Part shown: in pieces, positions 14,196-26,089 of the stretch | How the letters are laid out: every line of letters begins with the position of its first letter | Numbering within the stretch: the first letter of the stretch is position 1 | From: Mobula hypostoma | Taxonomy: Eukaryota | Length of the DNA: 64,000 nucleotides | NCBI RefSeq assembly: GCF_963921235.1 | Contig: NC_086104.1 | Coordinates: forward strand, 4,340,001-4,404,000 | Reading direction: 5' to 3' | Notes under the pieces: generated by a model | Database searches by the model: none | Seen by the model: only the letters and a program-made list of their open reading frames with translations | What the model was told of the DNA's origin: nothing | Program-made: the position numbers and the translations under genes

Positions 14196-14819
14196 CCTCA
14201 CAGGTGAATCTCTATCCACCATCAGTAGTGTCTACAGGAGTCACTGCCTCAAGATCCCCCCTTTAAGAGACATACCGCATTCTCACAGCTACCAGGAGTA
14301 GAGAAATACAGAAAGGCAGGAGTACAGAAGGTTAAAGTCTCACACCACCACTTTTATAAAGAGTTACTTCCTCTAAGCCTTTCAGTTATTGAACCATTAA
14401 CCACAGCAGTTTAGCAATACTGTGACCTTCTTGATTGCTTTACACAAATAATATTTTTTATTGATTTATAGTCGTGTTCTTGCCTGTAAAAGTTGAATAC
14501 TTTATGTTTTTCCTTGCGTATGTTGGTGATATGATTAAAGGTTCAAAAGTTAATTTTATTCTGAAAGTATGTTTGCAGTATGGAATTCTGAGATTTGTCT
14601 TCTCCAGATAACCATGAAGCAAAAAAAACAATGGTCATTCAAAGAAAAACTTTAACCATGCCTCCCCACACGCAAAAACACTGCCAATTGCCCTGAATTA
14701 CATTGTGCAATGACATCATTGCTGTTAGAATTAAGTTTTCATTTCACCTGAACACACATGGACTTGTGCATATGACAATAAACTTCACTTTGACTTTAAG
14801 AACACACATGAGACTAACA

Positions 14820-16520
14820 AGAGGGTGGGAAGACATTATGACCTGGAGATGCAGATCTACCAAACAATAGCGCAGTGACATAGTTAATTTAGCAAGAGGG
14901 AAAGAGACTGGGAGAGTGAAATAGCTGCTTAAATCAGTTTCCACATTCTGACTGTCCAGAGGGATGGAGTTTGAGTAGTCTTCCCGAGTGTCAACAACAG
15001 AAAGCTTTATGTTGCTGTTTTTCAGCTTGGAGACTTTAAGCCATCTCAGGGCTTTCTTTTCTTGTGGGCAGCTCTTGGGCTGGATATGGATGTTCAGTTT
15101 GGAAATGATGAGATGGAGATCTATCCAGCCTTTGGTAGCCCATATAGATTTTGTTACACTTACACCCTGTCTGTCTCTCCTCCTGACAATGATGTAGTCA
15201 ATTCGATGCCAGCGTTCAGAGCAGAGATGCATCCATGAAGTTGTGTTACTGGGCGGAAAGTGAAAGACTGTGTTGATGACCAACAATTCACGTTTAGTAC
15301 ATGTCTGGAGTGGAAGAAGACTGTTGCTGCTGCTGTGACAAACTCCATCCCATCCCAGGAGGTGTTGTCTGAGCGTACACTTTCACTGCAGTCTCCGAGG
15401 ATAATAAGATAACTGAGTGCAGTTCTTCATACAACCTGTCCTGGACATCATCTCTGTTGGTCATAGTTTGGGTGACAATGCTGACAATGGTGATTTGCTT
15501 CACACCATGTGACGGGGGAGTTTCATGGTCATGAGCCGGTCATTCACACACTTCGGACGTCCAGCCAAATGGCCAGCAATTTCCATCTTCAGTGTAAGTC
15601 CAACCCCAGCCTCATATTTGTCTTGATTTCCTGTTCCTGTCATGAGCCCTGTGGGCCTTTGCACCAGTATTTGTTAATTGTTGTATCCAGCGTCATTTAG
15701 CCCTTGTGCTTTATGGTTAATCTTGTCAAGGTTGCTTTTATCGGCTCAGGTTTTCTGCCTACTGTGATTACTTGAAGCGGACTCCCGATTAGCACTCATC
15801 ACGGGATTCTTGTGTTTCGAGAATGATCCGACTTACAGTGTCGCTCAGTCAAGCCTCCGATGTTCTGTTGGAATTCCTCTGTATAAACTCTCGTTTCTGT
15901 CCCGATGTATAAACTCTCGTTTCTGTCCCGATGTATAAACTCTTGTTTCAGTCCCGACGTATAAACTCTTGTTTCTGTCCCGACGTATAAACTCTTGTTT
16001 CAGTCCCGATGTACAAACTCTTGTTTCTGTCTTGTTTCCTACTTGGGAGTCTGTCGTTCCTCTGCATCTGGGTTCAGTCATTTGCCATTTGTCAGTGCAC
16101 ACCATGACACTTCCACTCCAAAAGAATGTGTATCTCATGCCTCTTTCACAAAGTTCTCCCTCCCATGCAAGCTGGGTCTCAGTTTGGGCTGTGATGTTGA
16201 TGTTTTATCAGCTAAAGCTCTCCGTATTCGAGGAATTCTCCTCTGAGGCCTGTCAGCACCAACTCTGTCCAACAGTGTGCACACATTCCACACGGAACAG
16301 GGAGGGTGAGAGGAATAGTCCTGAATTCTCTCTTTGATGTATTTCGGCTGCTGTGATAGGGTCCCCGCCAGTCACGGTAAACTGGTCAGGGAAAGAATGG
16401 AGCAGGCAATGTTGTGGCCACTTTCCTCATACCACGGAGGTGAGCAGTGCGTTCCGGAAAAGGGCTGCTCAGTCGCTCAGCTGACTACCGAAAGCCAGAG
16501 TCTCCATGTTAGCGGATAAC
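14820..16520 (-). mobile_element. RTE-clade LINE 5'/endonuclease remnant, interrupted by a repeat-bearing insert
   Basis: YTFFWSG (ORF 15845-16138) and TSWMHLCSERWHRIDYIIVRRRD (ORF 14744-15286), typical of RTE/BovB-like EN. Confidence 0.75.
15881..16030. repeat. 26-bp minisatellite, ~5.8 copies (GTATAAACTCTYGTTTCWGTCCCGAY)
   Basis: Units start at 15881, 15907, 15933, 15959, 15985 and 16011; head-to-tail with no spacers. Confidence 0.95.
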
Positions 16521-17305
16521 AACCCAGTGACCTGAGTCACCAGGGTGCAGGTCTGTGGCTACAGCCGTCAGTGTACCCACACCTGCCGCTTCGTCGTTAG
16601 CCTGTTGCCGCAAGACTCAGGTTAGTTTGGAATGGGAAAGATGGATGACAAGAGTGACTTGCACCAAGACTTAGTTTAAAATAAGGAAGAGTTGCATAGC
16701 ATTAACTTCAATCCCATCCCATCAGAGATGCTACCCCTCCGTGACAACCCAATCACATCAAGATTGAAGGGTGTAAAATGAAGTACTCAAGTGAAAATGA
16801 CAGAGAAAAGGGAACAAAAACTTTACAGCACAGTGCAGGCCCTTCGGTCCATAATGTAATTGATTGAATTACTGTGCAGACGCAACAGGAAGCTCCCACA
16901 CAGGACCGACAAACAGCTTGAAAAATCACCAAGTTTTTTGATGGGAATCTTTGATTGGAGTACTGTGCAAATACAACAGGAGCGCTCCTACACCGGACCA
17001 ACAAGCAGTATGAAAAATCATCAGGTTTCTCAACGGGAGTCGTTAATTGGAATACTGCACAGATGTAACAGGGAGCACTCCCACACAGCTTGGAGCAGTC
17101 TGAGTTGGTGTCGGCCCCTACCTCCTTGGCCAAGTGCATATAGGAGAGTCCCAGTTATCGCAGGCTAAGGATTTTCTCAGGGGCAAATCCCACCCCCGAA
17201 GGGGAGGAGGAACATGAGACTTGGGCGGAGCAGACCTCTCAGCTGTTGCATGAATGGCAATACTCTGATAATGTGAAAAGACAGCGACTGGTAGAAAGTC
17301 TGAGA

Positions 17306-18233
17306 TAGAAACATAGAAACATAGAAAATAGGTGCAGGAGTAGGCCATTCGGCCCTTCGAGCCTGCACCGCCATTTATTATGATCATGGCTGATCATCCA
17401 ACTCAGAACCCCGCCCCAGCCTTCCCTCCATACCCCCTGACCCCCGTAGGCACAAGGGCCATATCTAACTCCCTCTTAAACATAGCCAATGAACTGGCCT
17501 CAACAGTTTCCTGTGGCAGAGAATTCCACAGATTCACCACTCTCTGTGTGAAGAAGTTTTTCCTAATCTCGGTCCTAAAAGGCTTCCCCTCTATCCTCAA
17601 ACTGTGACCCCTCGTTCTGGACTTCCCCAACATTGGGAAAAATCTTCCTGCATCTAGCCTGTCCAATCCCTTTAGGATCTTATACATTTCAATCAGATCC
17701 CCCCTCAATCTTCTAAATTCCAACGAGTACAAGCCCAGTTCATCCAGTCTTTCTTCATATGAAAGTCCTGCCATCCCAGGAATCAATCTGGTGAACCTTC
17801 TTTGTACTCCCTCTATGGCAAAGATGTCTTTCCTCAGATTAGGGGACCAAAACTGCACACAATACTCCAGGTGTGGTCTCACCAAGGCCTTGTACAACTG
17901 CAGTAGTACCTCCCTGCTCCTGTACTCGAATCCTCTCGCTATAAATGCCAGCATACCATTCGCCTTTTTCACCGCCTGCTGTACCTGCATGCCCACTTTC
18001 AATGACTGGTGTATAATGACACCCAGGTCTCGTTGCACCTCCCCTTTTCCTAATCGGCCACCATTCAGATAATAATCTCTTTTCCTATTTTTGCCACCAA
18101 AGTGGATAACTTCACATTTATCCACATTAAATTGCATCTGCCATGAGTTTGCCCACTCACCCAACCTATCCAAGTCACCCTGCATCCTCTTAGCATCCTC
18201 CTCACTGCTAACACTGCCACCCAGCTTCGTGTC
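17306..18233 (-). mobile_element. 5'-truncated CR1 with an uninterrupted RT C-terminal ORF, at the Gypsy gag/RT deletion junction
   Basis: ORF 17403-18275 (290 aa, CR1 RT from ~TKLGG); tail (ATAGAAAC)n at 17305. Confidence 0.92.
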
Positions 18234-18432
18234 CGGCTGCTGAGCAGAGGGAGACGTCCTGCCTGAGTGGTGCAAAGTGGTTCAATGTGCTGGACCCGAG
18301 GAGTTGGTATTATCAGATACCCATGAGTGAGGCTGATAAAGAGATGTCGACATTTATATGTCCTCTCTGATTTTTCCAGATTGAAAGGATGCCCCAGGAA
18401 TATCAGGAGCACCAGCGACTCGCCAGTGTGTC

Positions 18433-18640
18433 ATAGAAACATAGAAAACCTACAGCACAATACGGACCCTTTGGCCCACAGAGCTTTGCCGAACATGTTC
18501 CTACCTTACAACTACTGAACCTAGGTTTTACCCATAGCCCTCTATTTTCTAAGCTCCATGTAGCCATCCAGGAGTCTCTTGCAAGACCCTGTCATTTCCG
18601 CCTCCACCACCGCCGCCGGCAGCCCATTCCATGCACTCAC
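18433..18640 (-). mobile_element. Short CR1 3'-end insertion splitting Gypsy RT
   Basis: 'catagaaacatagaaaacctacagcacaata', same as the 11495 copy; RT frame resumes at ATGGAGAAAACTGTG. Confidence 0.8.
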
Positions 18641-19586
18641 TCATGGAGAAAACTGTGGGGGATATGAACTTGCTTGAGGTGCTGGTGTACCTGGATGGAT
18701 GATCTCATATTGTTTGGGTCTACCTTGGAGGGACATGAAGCAAGGTTACTGAAGGTGCTGAGCCACCTGAAAGCTGAAGGGTTAAAACTTTCCCTGACAA
18801 GTACCAGTTCTGCAAGATGAATGTCAACTTTGCTGGGCACATAGTCTCACAGCATGGAGTAGGTACGGTTCCGTCAAAAATAGAGTCAGTGACCACATGG
18901 CAAAGAACCCTGTCTGTGAGCATCCTGCACTCATTCCCTGGATTCTGTGGGTAACATCAGTTGTTGAAGGAGCTGCCGATGAAAGCACTGGCTCTGGCTT
19001 TTGCAGCCCCCTGATTCCATATGTATTGCATACAGATGTCAATAGAGAGGGCTTAGGGGGTGTCCTGTATCGGGAGCAGGATACAGGGTTGAGATCAGTT
19101 GCATGGAGTCTGTCGCCCTCAGAGTGAAACTCCCATGCACAAATTGGAGTTCCTGGCATTAAACTAGGCTCTGGTGGATAAGCTAAGTGACTATATATAT
19201 GGTGTCAAGTTTGAGGTGAGGATGGACAGCAGTCCCTTAACTTATATCCTGACCTCAGTGAAATTGAATGCCAGGACCATCGGTGGTTGGCAGCATTGTT
19301 TGCCTATGATTTTAGCTTGAAGTACTGGCTGGGGAGTCGGAACATTGATGCTGAAGCATTGTCTCAACGTGCACATGAAGGGTGGACAGGGACGGAGAGT
19401 GGGAGAGCGTTCCTGCCCCTGGACTCAAAGCCATGTGGCAGTTTTGCACCATGGGGAAGTCAGAGGCAATGCAAGGATAGAATCAAGCAGTAGATCATTT
19501 GGGAGCTTCCAATGGTGCCATCTCACAAGCTTATTGCAACCTGACTGCTCTGAAAACAAAGCAGTTCTCTGAATTGAGTCCTAAAT

Positions 19587-20130
19587 TCTAATCCACCTAC
19601 TGTTTTTTATTGGCTTTCCTCCATTATGTCCTGTCTAAATTTAGAGAAAATAAGAAGTTGGTCATTTGATACATCCTTTAAATTTGAAGAAACCTGGCAA
19701 CCTTTTATTCAATATTTTCATATGGTTTGATTTATTGCTCTTCCAGTTACTTTCTCCAAACTTTGGATTTGATCAGAAAGTTTCTCCTACTTCTTGCTTT
19801 TACTCTCAGTATGGGCTGCCCAGTCCTTTTTTTTCCTTTTTTTTTTACCTTTTGTTTTTGTTTATAGAGAATAGTGGGGTTCTTTTTTTATATATATGAA
19901 AAATTAAAAACATTTCTTTATCTTTTGTTTTTCTTTTTATGAATTGATAAGAGCAGAATTTATTATCTTATTTTTATTATATACCATTAGATTAATACTA
20001 TGTACGATCTTGATAATGTTTATTTTACCTTTTATGTGTATTGTTATCGATATAGATATTTAAGATATTTCTCCTCTTGTTTGTATATATGTACTTTTTT
20101 AATTAATAAAAAGATTGATAAAGAAAGAAA
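19587..20130 (+). mobile_element. L1/Tx1-like LINE 3' end (ORF2 C-terminus, AT-rich UTR, A-rich tail) inside Gypsy pol
   Basis: MSCLNLEKIRSWSFDTSFKFEETWQPFIQYF*; AATAAA near 20104 then (GAAA)n. Confidence 0.65.
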
Positions 20131-22155
20131 GACTCCCAGGGAAGTGGCCGCCACTCAGCGAGATGACCCGTGCATAAGTAATATGAAAGGGGATATGGCC
20201 CAAGCAGATAAGATGAAACACTCTGTGCTGTGTCTACTACTGAGAGAATGGCCCAGATTGGAGTTGAGGAACCAGATCCTATACTGGGTCATGTTATATC
20301 CTGACAGTCTTCGGCATTACCAGTTGATTTTCCCTGAGAAGTATCAGAGGATTGTGTTAAAGTCAACTCATGATGATTCAGGTCACTTGGGTGTTGACAA
20401 GATGTATGGATTTGTCAGATTGGTTCTCCTAGCCCCAGGTGAAGCCAGCGATTGAAGAGTACTGCAAGTCATGCATTCGATGTATACGGAGGAAAACACT
20501 GCCTATGAGGGCCACTCCATTATCCCATTTGCAGTGTGTGGGGCCACTTGATCTGGTGTGTATGGATCAGTTCAGCCTGATTCCAGCAACACGGCAAATG
20601 TCTTGGTTATAACAGATCACAACACCAGATATGAGCAAGGCTTCCCCACAAGGGATCAGAGGGCATCCACCATAGCCAAAGTGCTATGAGAAAAGTATTT
20701 TGTTCATTATGGCCTCCTCAGATGGATACATAGTGATCAGGGAAGGGATTTCAAGAGTCGACTCATACATGATTTCTTGAGTATGCTTGGAGTCAAGAAG
20801 TCCAGAACTACGTCTTATAACCCTCAGGGTGATCCCGAGCCTGAGAGGTTCAATCAGACATTGCTAGACATGCTCAGAACCCTGGAGATCAGCAAGAAGA
20901 ACAAGTGGAGTCAACATATTGGGCATCTGCTCCACTGCTACAACTGTACACAGAATGAAGCTATCGCGTACTCACTGTATTATCTGATGTTTGGGCACGA
21001 GGCGAGGTTGCCCATTCACCTCTGTTTTGGCACTGGTGGGAAATATTTGCCACAGAAGACTTATCTGAAGTATGTGTCTGATATAAAGAGGGAACTGCAA
21101 AGGGCTTATGAACTAGCCGAGGTCTTGGCTACCAAGCAAAATCAAGAAATAGGAGGAGATACAATCAGAAGGTTAGGTTCTCCCAAATGATGCCTGGAGA
21201 TGAGTCTTCATAAAGAATTTGGGGATACCTGAGAAGCACAAGTTGGCTGATCACTGGATGGCTACACATTATGCAGTGGAGAATCAAATGCGAAATGTAC
21301 CAGTTTTCCGGGTGAAGCCAGAGGACGGGAATGGGCCTGTAAAGATTCTCCATCGGAACCATCTTCTACCTCTGGGACAAGAGGTACTTGTTGTCCCAAA
21401 GCCTGACATGGACCCTACATCTAATAAGAGAGCTCTGCGGTGACATGGAAGAACAGAAGGACCAGCCGCAGAAAGATCTGGACAGGATCTAACCACTGAC
21501 TGTGATACAGACTCAGAGGATGAGGAAGTGGGGGTGTGGTTATGCTGTCCTTTGCAAACTCCCCAGTAAGTGACAAATAGATTCCTCACCCTCTCCGCAT
21601 TGACACATGTGAAATGGGGAACTAGCGGTGGGCAGGCAGGTCAGACAATGGTGAGAGATTGGGCACGAAGCTGAGCTCAGCCAAGTGACAAGGGGATCTG
21701 AGTTATCTGGAGGCATGAGTAATGGACAGGGAGAGGCCTCTCCATGTAGAGAGGAAAGATCCCAGGGAGTGTCTGAAACTAAAGAAGCAGATGGTGGGGT
21801 CAGGAGGACTCAAAGTGTCAAGAAACCCCCAGATAGGATGGCCTACGTCACCCCAGGGGAACAGAGTGTTGTGCCTAACCCCTAAGTGATATATGTCTCT
21901 GGAATTTACATCTGGATTGGAGTTACTGACATCACAAAATTCCTTTAAAAATTGGTATTATTCATGAAATGGTGATAAATTATCTCAAAGTCCTGAGGAC
22001 ATCACTATTTTTACTGGGGGGAGTGTAACACCCTGGCAAAGGTTTCACTGCTAATGCTGTAGGGTAGCTCATGAAATGGTCTTTCTGTAGAAGCAATGTT
22101 TGGGGTATTTTTAGCGATAACAGGGCTGAGGAAAGTGAGCTATCTAATCAGGAGA

Positions 22156-22302
22156 AAATGCAAACACGAAGAATTCAGCAGATGCTGGAAATTCAAGCAA
22201 CACACATCAAAGTTGCTGACGAAGGGTCTCGGCCCGAAACGTCGACTGTACCTCTTCCTAGAGATGCTGCCTGGCCTGCTGCGTTCACCAGCAACTTTGA
22301 TG
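22156..22302 (+). mobile_element. Penelope pseudo-LTR fragment with 5' inversion and 11-bp TSD, inside the Gypsy LTR
   Basis: TAATCAGGAGA at 22145-22155 and 22303-22313; internal inverted repeat ACATCAAAGTTGCTG / CAGCAACTTTGATGT. Confidence 0.85.
22216..22248 (+). ncRNA. Minimal type I hammerhead ribozyme core of Penelope (helix I disrupted by the inversion junction)
   Basis: CTGACGA-A-GGG-TCTCGG-CCC-GAAA-CGTC-GACTG: core CUGANGA/GAAA, 3-bp helix II, GUC cleavage triplet. Confidence 0.7.
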
Positions 22303-22599
22303 TAATCAGGAGAGAAGGCTGGCTGAGTTGGATTTTGTACCTGACACCGGTGTGAGCCGGGGTCTTTCTCCAGTAGGGGATGAAGACAGAAGACACACTG
22401 TAACAGGGCAGCAAATCAGACAGCATTTACCCAAGCCGGGGTTTGTGTGGGAGATACATCCCAATCTCACGGATTTGGTGGTACTGGAGAGTGTAATCCT
22501 TAAACATATGCACCTGAAGAAAAGCAGGCCTCTCGGACGCCACATTGGGAGACTGCCAACTAACGAGCCACTTCCAGAGACACCCAGGAAGAAAGGGGG

Positions 22600-23050
22600 T
22601 TCACATCCTAACAGTGCAATTGGCAGTGACGTTTCACTTGTCAATGAGCTCAGCGTCTTTTCTACACACTTCGACGGGGAGAATAACAGTTCACCTGTGT
22701 GACTGCCCACAGCATCTCGCTCAATGTCAGAACACCCTTCAGGAAGGTGAACTTTAAGTTCCTGGGTGTTAACATCTGAGAGGTTCTTTCCTGGTCGCAA
22801 CACATTGATGCAATTACAAAGAAGGCACCTCTGCAGCTCTACTTCTTCCAGAGTTTGAGGAGGTTCGGTATGTCATCAAAGACTCCAGCAAATTTCCACA
22901 GATGTACATGGAGACCATTCCATCTGGTTGTATCACCGTCTGGTATGGAGGCTCCAGTGCACAGGATCAACAGAGGCTGCAGAGAGTTACAGTCCCAAGC
23001 TCCTCCATCATGGGCACAACCCGTCACTCCATCGAGAACATCCTCAAGAA
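22600..23050 (+). mobile_element. Rex1/Babar-type LINE RT C-terminal remnant
   Basis: 'agagtttgaggaggttcggtatgtcatcaaagactccagcaaatttccacagatgtac', homologous to 38570-39990 and 54085-54560. Confidence 0.7.
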
Positions 23051-23054
23051 GTAC

Positions 23055-24880
23055 AAGGGATCTGGAGAAGCAAATGGATGACTTGTGGCTTGTACGGGAG
23101 ACTGAGGGTATAATTGATCAAATTTACAGAGGTAGTCACCCCGAAGGTGCAGGAGGCAAGTAGCTGGGTGACTGTCAGGAGAAACGGAAATAGACAGTTA
23201 CAGCAGAGCAACCCTGTGGCCACTACCCTCAGAAACAAGGATACCGCTTTGGATACTTCTGTGGGGGATGACCTCCCGGGAGAATGCCACGGCGACCGGA
23301 TTACAGGCATCGAGCATGGGTTGTGGTGTAGAAGGGAAGGAGAGAGAAGGGAGGTAATGAAAGGGGACTCGATAGTGAGGGGAACAGACAGATCCTGTGG
23401 ACATGAACGGAACACCCAGATGGTATGTTGCCTCCCAGTTGCCCGGGTCAGGCATGTCTCAGATCACATCCACAACATTTTGGAGAGGGAAAGGGAACAG
23501 CCAGATGTCTTGGTACATATTGGTACCAATGACATAGGAAGGAAAAGCAATGAGGTGCTAAAAAGAGAATTTAGACAGCTAGGTAGAAAGCTGAGAAGCA
23601 GGACCTCCCGGGTAGTAGTTTCTGGATTGCTACCCAGTGCCACGCACCAGTGAAGGTAGAAGCAGGATGATTTTGCAGATCAATGCGTGGCTGAGAAGCT
23701 GATGCAGGGGGGAGGGCTTCAAGTTCTTGGATAATTGGGATCTCTTCTGGGGGAGGTATGACCTGTTCAAAAGTGACGGCTTGCACTTGAACCAAGGGGG
23801 ACCAATATTTTCACTGGCAGATTTGTTAAAGCTGTTAGGGCGGGTTTAAATTAACTTAGCGAGGGGTGGGAACCAGAGTGAAGGGACTCAGCATAGGACG
23901 GAATGTAAAAAAGTAAAGATAGTGTGCGGTCAGATTGTCAGGAAGGGCAAGCAGGTGATGGGACATAGTTGCAGACAACAGGCTGAATATCAAATCATTA
24001 GGGATGCAGAGTCAGAAAGTATAGCAAATATGGTGCTCAAGGTATTATATCTAAATGCATGTAGTATAAAAAGTAAGGTGGATGATCTTGTTGCAATATT
24101 ACAAGTTGCCAGGTATGATGTTGTCGCCATCACTGAATCGTGGCTGAAGGATGGTTGTAGTTGGGAGCTGAATGTCCAAGGTTACACGTTATATCAGAGG
24201 GATAGGAAGGTAGGAAGTGGGGGTGGTGTGGCTCTACTGGTAAAGAATGACATTAAATCAGTAGAAAGATGTGACATAGGATCAGAAGATGTTGAATCCT
24301 TGTGGGTTGAGTTAAGAAACTGCAAGGACATTGATGGCAGTTATATATTGATGGCAGTTGATGACTGGAGGAGGACCACAGGTTACAACAAGAAGTAGAA
24401 AAGGCGAGCCTAAAGGGCAATGTTATTGCAGTCGTGGGAGATTTTGACATGCAGGTCGATTGGGTAATGGATAAGGTTGGTAATGGATCTCAAGAGACTG
24501 GGTTTATTGAATGCCCAAGAGATAGCTTTTTAGAACAGTTTCCTGTTGAGCGGACTAGGGAATCATCTATTCTGGATTGGGTGTTACGTAATGAACTGGA
24601 GGTGTATGGGGAGTTTAAGGTAAAAGAACACTTAAGATCCAGTGATCACAATATGATTGTCTTCAATTTGAAATTTGATAGGGAGAAAGTAAAGTCTGAT
24701 GTAGCAGTATTTCAGTGGTATGAGAGAGGAGCTGGCCAAGTAAATTGGAAAGAGCTGCTATCAGAGATATCAAAAGAGTAGCAATGGCATGAGTTTCTGG
24801 GAAAAATAAGGAAGGTGCAGGACATGTATATTCCAAAAATGAAGAAATACTCAAATGTAAAATAGTACAACCATGGGATG
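23055..24880 (+). mobile_element. CR1 ORF1 esterase and endonuclease region, decayed
   Basis: ORF 23114-23653 (KGDSIVRG, VHIGTNDIG) and ORF 23922-24398 (VLYLNACSI...AITESWL). Confidence 0.85.
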
Positions 24881-26085
24881 TCAAAGCAGTGGATATTGTC
24901 TACATGGACTTCAGTAAGGCCTTTGACAAGGTCCCACATGGGATGTTAGTTACGAAAATTCAGTCGCTAGGTATACATGGAGGGGTGGTAAATTGAATTA
25001 GACATTGGCTCAATGGAAGAAGCCAAAGAGTGGTAGTAGAGAATTGCTTCTCAGAGTGGAGGCCTGTGACTAGTGGTGTGCCACAGGGATCAGTGCTGGG
25101 TCCATTGTTATTGGTCATCTATATCAATGATCTGGATGATAATGTGGTAAATTGGATCAGCAAATTTGCTGATGATACAAAGATTGGAGGTGTAGTAGAC
25201 AGTGAGGAAGGTTCTCAGAGCCTGCAGAGGGATTTTGACCAGCTGGAAAAATAGGCTGAAAAATGGCAGATGGAATTTGATACAGACAAGTGTGAGGTAT
25301 TGCATGTTGGAAGGACAAACCATGGTAGAACATACAGGGTTAATGGTCAGACACTGAGGAGTGCAGTGGAACAGATGGATCTGGGAATACAGATACAAAA
25401 TTCCCTAAAAGTGGCATCACAGGTAGATAGGGTTGTAAGGAGAGCTTTTGGTACATTGGTCTTTATTAATCAAAGTATTGAGTATAAGAGCTGGAATGTT
25501 ATGATGAGGTTGTATAAGGCATTGGTGAGGCCGAATCTGGAGTATTGTGTTCAGTTTTGGTCACCAAATTACAGGAAGGATATAAATAAGGTTGAAAGAG
25601 TGCAGAGAAGGTTTACAAGGATGTTGCCGGGACTTGAGAAACTCAGTTACAGAGAAAGGTTGAATAGGTTAGGACTTTATTCCCTGGAACGTAGAAGATT
25701 GAGGGGAGATTTGATAGAGGTATATAAAATTATGATGGGTATAGATAGAGTGAATGCAAGCAGGCTTTTTCCACTGAGGCAAGGGGAGAAATAAATCAGA
25801 GGACATGGGTTAAGGGTGAGGGGCGAAAAGTTTAAAGGGAACATTAGGGGGGGCTTCTTCACACAGAGAGTGGTGGGAGTATGGAATGAGCTGCCAGACG
25901 AGGTGGTAAATGCGGGTTCTTTTTTAACACTTAAGAATAAATTGGACAGATACATGGATGGGAAGCATATGGAGGGATATGGTCCGTGTGCAGGTCAGTG
26001 GGACTAGGCAGAAAATGGTTCAGCACAGCCAAGAAGGGCCAAAAGGCCTGTTTCTGTGCTGTAGTTTGTATGGTTCTATAGTTCT
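24881..26085 (+). mobile_element. CR1 3' 1.2 kb, young subfamily (inverted relative to the copies at 1889 and 9165)
   Basis: ORFs 25030-25254, 25270-25794, 25816-26007; tail 'tatggttctatagttctatg'. Confidence 0.92.
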
Positions 26086-26089
26086 ATGG

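Larger units (their letters stand above)
17100..22500 (+). mobile_element. Decayed Gypsy LTR retrotransposon copy 1 (PNMA-type gag, RT, RNase H, integrase, PPT, 3' LTR)
   Basis: gag 17144-17305 ESPSYRRLRIFSGANPTPEGEEEHETW...QRLVESL; RT ~18255-18900 (WFNVLD...YYQIPM, VLVYLD-DL); RNase H (YVLHTD, KLEFLAL); integrase 20400-21190; PPT GGGGGGAG 22016-22023; LTR starts TGTAAC at 22024. Confidence 0.9.

Noticed and set aside
15881-16030. CRISPR-like repeat array
   Set aside because: No spacers; simple head-to-tail minisatellite in eukaryotic DNA
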